From Planctomycetota bacterium (GTDB taxonomy: Bacteria; Planctomycetota; UBA1135; UBA2386): a DNA stretch of 17,419 nt. This document shows, piece by piece, positions 13,818 to 17,419 of the stretch. The notes below the pieces were generated by a model, which searched no databases, was not told where the DNA came from, and worked only from the letters and a program-made list of their open reading frames with translations. Location of the stretch: the NCBI GenBank assembly GCA_016793265.1, contig JAEUHT010000259.1, forward strand, positions 1 to 17,419. The letters run 5' to 3'. Each line of letters begins with the position of its first letter. Within the stretch, counting starts at the first letter, position 1. The position numbers and the translations under genes were made by a program.

Positions 13818-15512
13818 ATGGTCCCGACTTCGCAGCCGCAGCGCCCCTGGCTCGTCGCCCTCTGGGTGGCGCTGGCCATGAACCTGCTGAACCTGTTCGA
13901 GCCGCTCACGGTCGACGACGTCTGCCACCACTACTACGCGGCGCAGGTCGCCGACGCGCCGCTCGACCCGTACGGGTTCGACCTCGTCTGGCACCAGAAG
14001 CCGGCGCCGGCGTGGGACGTGATGGTGGCGCCGGTGCACTCGTACTACTGGGCGCCCGCGATCCGCCTGTTCGGCGATTCGCCGGTGGCGTGGCACCTGT
14101 GGTTCCTGCCCGTGCATTGGCTGTTCTGCCACGGCCTCTTGCTGCTGCTGCGCCGCTTCGCGCGGCCGCACGCAGCGCCGCTGTTGGCGGCGATCGCGCT
14201 GGGGCCGAACGTGCTGCCGGGCGTCAACCTGATGCTCGAGGTGCCGATGCTGGCGCTCGCGTTCGCGAGCCTGAACGTGCTGCTGCGCGCCTTCGACCAG
14301 AAGAGCCTCGGCCTGGCCCTCGGCGCCGGCTGCCTGTTCGGCCTCGCCTTCCAGACCAAGTACTCGGCGATGGGGTTCTTCGCGCCGTGGGTGCTGCTCG
14401 GCATCTGGCACGCCCGTCCGCGCGAACTGCTGGTCGGCCTCGCCGCCGCCGCCTGCACCGCGCTCGGCATCGAGGGCCTCATCGCGTTGTCGCATGGCTC
14501 GGGCTCCTACTTCCTGCGCTGCCTCGAACTGACGCAGCGCCGCGACTGGCACCACCTCAGCCGCGGTCTGTTGCTGCACGTCGCCGTGCTGGGCATGCCG
14601 GCGGCGTTGTTGGCGCTGCGGGGCTTCGGCCTGCGCGGCGTCACCGTGGTGCTGGTGGCGGCGGTCTACGCCTTCGGCTACGTCGGCATCGCGATGGTGC
14701 GCGACGACGACGATCGTTCGGCGATGGAGGGCGCGATCGACTCGCTCGGCTACCTGGCGATGGCGGTGGTGACGTGGGGCACGGCGGCGTGGCTGCTGCT
14801 GCGGCTGTCGTGGCGCGGTCTGCGGCGGCTGCTGCGCCGCGGCTCGTGGCGCGGCCTGCCCGCGGCGATGCGCGGCGGGCTGTTCCTGGCCGCCTGGTTC
14901 GCCGGCGAGGTCGTCAGCAGCCTGGTGGTGTCGCCGTTCCCGGCGGCGCGGCGGGTGCTGATGATCACCGTCGCCTTCACCGTCGCCGCCGGCTGGCTCT
15001 GCGCGCGGCGCCGCTCCACCAGCACGACGGTGCGGAACGTGGCCATCGCCAGCGTGCTGCTCGGCGTCGGCTACCAGGCCATCGACTTCATCGAAGGCCG
15101 CGCCTGGGTCAGCGCCGCCACCGGCACCGTCGACTACGCCCGCCGCCTCGACCCGCAGGCCAAGGTGTTCTTCACCGGCGGCTGGGGCTTCGAGTTCTAC
15201 GCGCCGCGCGCCGGCATGACGCCGCTCTTGCGCGACGTCACGGCGGTGCAGCGCGGGGACTTCATCGCCGTCGGCAGCATCGACGGCGACGAGCTGCCGT
15301 GGTTCGAGTGGAGCGGCAAGATGGAGAAGGTCGACGAACTCGCCTTCGGCACCGACGGGCTGCCGCTGTCCGTGCAGCAGAACTACTACTCGGGCCGCCG
15401 GCCGCTCGACAACCAGGCCACGGCGCGCTTCTTCGTGTTCGTGTTCCGCGCCGTCGAGTCGTTCACGACCAAGGAGCTGGTGGCGCGGCCGAACGAGTGG
15501 CTCGGCCGCTGA
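13818..15512 (+). CDS. Polytopic GT-C-fold membrane glycosyltransferase (ArnT/PMT-like), copy 2, paralog of 12088..13749
   Basis: 564 aa, collinear with copy 1 and ~60-65% identical by eye. The motifs LTVDDVCHHYYAAQVA, FGDSP, WHLWFLP, RPHAA, QTKYSA, SPFPAARRVL, FFTGGWGFEFYAPRAGM and YYSGRRP are shared. The start at ATG 13818 (MVPTSQPQRPWLVALWVALAM) is chosen over ATG 13755 because it aligns with the copy-1 N-terminus. The 13764-13807 stretch reproduces the upstream element of copy 1. TGA at 15510-15512. Confidence 0.75.
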   Translation: MVPTSQPQRPWLVALWVALAMNLLNLFEPLTVDDVCHHYYAAQVADAPLDPYGFDLVWHQKPAPAWDVMVAPVHSYYWAPAIRLFGDSPVAWHLWFLPVHWLFCHGLLLLLRRFARPHAAPLLAAIALGPNVLPGVNLMLEVPMLALAFASLNVLLRAFDQKSLGLALGAGCLFGLAFQTKYSAMGFFAPWVLLGIWHARPRELLVGLAAAACTALGIEGLIALSHGSGSYFLRCLELTQRRDWHHLSRGLLLHVAVLGMPAALLALRGFGLRGVTVVLVAAVYAFGYVGIAMVRDDDDRSAMEGAIDSLGYLAMAVVTWGTAAWLLLRLSWRGLRRLLRRGSWRGLPAAMRGGLFLAAWFAGEVVSSLVVSPFPAARRVLMITVAFTVAAGWLCARRRSTSTTVRNVAIASVLLGVGYQAIDFIEGRAWVSAATGTVDYARRLDPQAKVFFTGGWGFEFYAPRAGMTPLLRDVTAVQRGDFIAVGSIDGDELPWFEWSGKMEKVDELAFGTDGLPLSVQQNYYSGRRPLDNQATARFFVFVFRAVESFTTKELVARPNEWLGR

Positions 15513-15563
15513 GCGGGGACGTGCCGGCGAGCGGCGAACCGGGGCGCCGGGCGCTGCGCCGGC

Positions 15564-17419
15564 TCAATCGAGCGCGCGCAGGCTCTGCTCGACGCCGGTG
15601 ATCTGCGCCACCAGCGCGGCGAGGTTCTGCCGCTCCTTGTCGATGACGGCGGCCGGCGCCTTCTGCACGAAGCCCTCGTTCGCCAGCTTCCGCTCGATGT
15701 TGGCGGCTTGGCCGCGCAGCTTGCCGAGCTGGTCCTGCAGCTTCTGCCGCTCCTTGTCGAGGTCGACGACGCCGAGCAGGAAGGCGCGGCTGGCGCCGCA
15801 CACGACGGTGGCGCTGTCCTTGGTCTGCTGCGCGTCGCCGGCGACCGTGGTGGCGGCGAGTCCACACATGTGGGCGAGCAGCGGCAGCGTCGCGCGCAGC
15901 AGCACGGCGTCGTCGCCGCCGGCCAGGAAGCGGGCCTCGAGCCGTTCGCGCGGCGCCACCTGGTAGCGCGCGCGGGTCTCGCGGATCAACACGCACCACT
16001 GCTGCATGCCGGCGACCTGCGCCTCGGCGCCGGGGTCGCGCCACGTCGCCGGCGCCACCGGCCAGGCCGCCTGCACCAGCAGCGCGCTGGTCGCGAACGG
16101 CGCCTCGATGCCGCGCTGCGGCGCCAGCTCGCCGAGCGTCTGCCACAAGGTCTCGGTCAAGAACGGCACGAACGGGTGCAACAGCCGCAGCGTCTGGTCC
16201 AGCACCGCCGCCAGCACCTGCTCGGCGACCGCGCGCGCCGCCGGTTCGGCGTCGTCCTTGCACCGCGGCTTCAGCAGCTCCAGGTACCAGTCGCAGAGCT
16301 CGTTCCAGAAGAAGTCGCGCGCGGCCGCGAGCGCCGCCGACGGGTTGTAGGCGACGAGCTGGGCCTGCACGGTGGTGATCGCGTGCGCCAGCCGCGCCAG
16401 GATCCAGCGGTCCTCCAACGGCAACGCCGCCGCGGTCCGCGGCGCGAAGCGGGTGCCCTTCAGGTTCAGGAAGGCGAAGCGCGCGGCGTTGAACAGCTTG
16501 TTGCAGAAGCTGGCGCCGACCAGGAAACGGTCGCTGGTGGCCTTGGCCGGCGTGATGCCCTCCTTGCCGTACTGGCCGATCAGGTCCATCGGCTGCTCGG
16601 CGACCGGGTCGACGAAGGTGCCGAGGTAGGGGCCGGGCTTCGCGGTGGCGAGGTCGACCAGGCGCTCGGCTTCGCCGGCGGCGGTGAACGGCGAGATCGC
16701 CTGCACCGGCAGGCGGATGTCCTGCGTGCCGGTCTGCAGCTCGCAGACGACGTAGCGCAGCGCGTCGGCGCCGTAGCGGTCGATGATGTCGATCGGGTCG
16801 ATGCCGTTGCCCTTCGACTTCGACATGCGCACGCCCTTGCCGTCGAGGATGGTGGCGTGCAGGAATACGTCCTGGAACGGTACGTCGCCGAGGTTGTAGA
16901 GGCCGGTGACGATCATGCGCGCGACCCACAGCGTGATGATGTCGCGGCCGGTCACGAGGCAGGAGCCAGGGTAGTAGTACGACAGCGCGTCGGGCTTGCC
17001 GGCGGCGCCGCCGAGCGGCGTCTGGCCGGGGCCGACCTGGGCCGTGGCCGGATCGGGCCAGCCGAGCGTGCTGTGTGGCCACAACGCCGAGCTGAACCAG
17101 GTGTCGAGCACGTCGGGGTCGAGCGCCAGCCCGGCCTGTTCGAGCAGCGGGGCGACGTTCGCCTCCAGCGCTGCGTCGCGGCAGCACGCCTGCACCTCGA
17201 CGGTGATCGGCGCATGCGGACCCCGCAGGTGGTCGAGGGCCTGGTGCGGGGTCAGGCGGGTGCCATCGGGCAACACGACCCAGGCGGCGACGTCGTCGCG
17301 CTGGAACCAGGTGTCGAGCACCGGCAGCAGCATCACCAGTTGCTGCGCCGCCATGTCGCCGCGGAACACCGGGATGCGGTGGCCCCACCAGAGCTGGCGG
17401 CTGATGCACCAGTCGCGCT
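15564..17419 (-). CDS. valS: Valyl-tRNA synthetase, C-terminal ~618 codons (5' end lies beyond the window edge)
   Basis: Translating to the window edge gives RDWCISRQLWWGHRIPVF, the class-I ValRS/IleRS signature. The KMSKS motif is present as VRMSKSKGNGIDP. The anticodon-binding region and a C-terminal coiled coil (KERQKLQDQLGKLRGQAANIERKLANEGFVQKAP) follow. TGA at 15564-15566. The reading frame is open to 17419. The overlapping 648-aa ORF 15463..17409 in another frame is Arg/Gly-rich and rejected. Confidence 0.9.
   Translation of the reverse strand, partial: RDWCISRQLWWGHRIPVFRGDMAAQQLVMLLPVLDTWFQRDDVAAWVVLPDGTRLTPHQALDHLRGPHAPITVEVQACCRDAALEANVAPLLEQAGLALDPDVLDTWFSSALWPHSTLGWPDPATAQVGPGQTPLGGAAGKPDALSYYYPGSCLVTGRDIITLWVARMIVTGLYNLGDVPFQDVFLHATILDGKGVRMSKSKGNGIDPIDIIDRYGADALRYVVCELQTGTQDIRLPVQAISPFTAAGEAERLVDLATAKPGPYLGTFVDPVAEQPMDLIGQYGKEGITPAKATSDRFLVGASFCNKLFNAARFAFLNLKGTRFAPRTAAALPLEDRWILARLAHAITTVQAQLVAYNPSAALAAARDFFWNELCDWYLELLKPRCKDDAEPAARAVAEQVLAAVLDQTLRLLHPFVPFLTETLWQTLGELAPQRGIEAPFATSALLVQAAWPVAPATWRDPGAEAQVAGMQQWCVLIRETRARYQVAPRERLEARFLAGGDDAVLLRATLPLLAHMCGLAATTVAGDAQQTKDSATVVCGASRAFLLGVVDLDKERQKLQDQLGKLRGQAANIERKLANEGFVQKAPAAVIDKERQNLAALVAQITGVEQSLRALD

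Noticed and set aside
1-17419. Horizontally acquired island or defence island
   Set aside because: Composition appears uniform, with no AT-rich or GC-dipping block by eye. There are no integrase, transposase or tRNA boundaries, and housekeeping genes (valS, recQ) are interleaved. The kinase/ATPase pair may still be accessory, but the sequence gives no positive evidence of mobility.

Overview
High-GC (~70%) bacterial chromosomal segment with 12 protein-coding genes that I can support; I found no tRNA/rRNA, CRISPR array or mobile element. The left half is one minus-strand cluster. Reading in the direction of transcription it runs: a stand-alone ClpA/B-D2-type AAA+ ATPase with an unassigned N-terminal domain, a CNNM/CorC-HlyC (DUF21-CBS) membrane protein, an NfeD-like protein, a flotillin (SPFH), a 697-aa secreted protein of no recognisable family, and a secreted thioredoxin-fold protein with EF-hand-like loops. 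Diverging from the ATPase is a Hanks-type Ser/Thr kinase whose stop overlaps (ATGA) the start of a YkgJ-family (CxxCxxCC-like) protein. A RecQ-family helicase converges on that pair. Beyond it lie two tandem paralogous GT-C (ArnT/PMT-like) membrane glycosyltransferases that share a co-duplicated upstream element. The 3' part of valyl-tRNA synthetase, truncated by the window edge, converges on the second glycosyltransferase. Most long plus-strand ORFs in the provided track (e.g. 1416..5372, 173..1831) are antisense or off-frame artefacts of the GC content. The most unusual items are the orphan Clp-D2 ATPase arranged head-to-head with the kinase, the duplicated glycosyltransferase pair with its upstream element, and an unresolved start site for recQ. 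All family assignments rest on motif recognition by eye and have not been checked by HMM or BLAST.
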